DNA from: Nitrososphaerota archaeon
GTDB lineage: Archaea > Thermoproteota > Nitrososphaeria > Nitrososphaerales > UBA57
NCBI GenBank assembly: GCA_013378385.1
Contig: JACAFS010000023.1
Coordinates: forward strand, 1-15,256
Direction: 5' to 3'
Length of the DNA stretch: 15,256 nucleotides
The first letter of the stretch is position 1. Every line of letters begins with the position of its first letter. Under the pieces are notes generated by a model that worked only from the letters and a program-made list of their open reading frames with translations, was not told the origin of the DNA and made no database searches. Positions 15,176-15,256 of this stretch are shown piece after piece. The translations under genes and the position numbers were made by a program.

Positions 15176-15256
15176 ATGGGAAATAAATCACCTGTTGGAG
15201 AATTTGCTGCAAGAAAACAACATAATAAACGTAAATATATGAAATGGTCCGATGGA
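15176..15256 (+). CDS. rps12: 30S ribosomal protein S12 (uS12), 5' fragment running off the window
   Basis: MGNKSPVGEFAARKQHNKRKYMKWSDG matches the N-terminus of archaeal S12 (MSGSKSPRGEFA-type) and the expected position after nusA. An in-frame ATG at 15161 is an alternative start. Confidence 0.8.
   Translation, partial: MGNKSPVGEFAARKQHNKRKYMKWSDG

Noticed and set aside
1-15256. Search for tRNA, rRNA, C/D-box sRNA, defence or toxin-antitoxin genes, integrases and terminal inverted repeats
   Set aside because: The intergenic space is tiny (largest gap 162 nt) and every long ORF is assignable to housekeeping or envelope functions. I saw no cloverleaf-like or box C/D (RUGAUGA...CUGA) arrangement that I could support by eye.

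Overview
AT-rich archaeal chromosomal segment, almost entirely coding, with the content and order of a housekeeping core region. On the + strand it starts with radA and a 908-aa secreted, C-terminally anchored multi-domain surface protein. A two-gene minus-strand operon follows (DUF371-like protein plus a mevalonate (di)phosphate decarboxylase-family GHMP protein), then proteasome alpha subunit and a minus-strand CoA-binding-domain protein. The rest is the conserved archaeal cluster rpoH-rpoB-rpoA-rpl30e-nusA-rps12, with rps12 cut by the window end. rpoB is unsplit and rpoA is one 1259-codon gene (A' and A'' fused). With the low G+C, this suggests an ammonia-oxidising thaumarchaeon (Nitrososphaerota, Nitrosopumilus-like); that is inference only. 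I see no tRNA, rRNA, CRISPR, transposase, integrase or defence island, and I do not think the window holds a novel multi-gene system. The points worth a second look are local: (1) a perfect 18-bp tandem repeat encoding (EEVTEP)n, in frame with radA and open into it; (2) a roughly 45-residue Cys/His-rich insertion in RpoB; (3) an MVD-family protein whose DAGPN motif reads QTGPS, translationally coupled to a DUF371 gene; (4) an orphan five-module surface glycoprotein candidate; (5) a palindromic TTTAAA placed symmetrically between two divergent genes.
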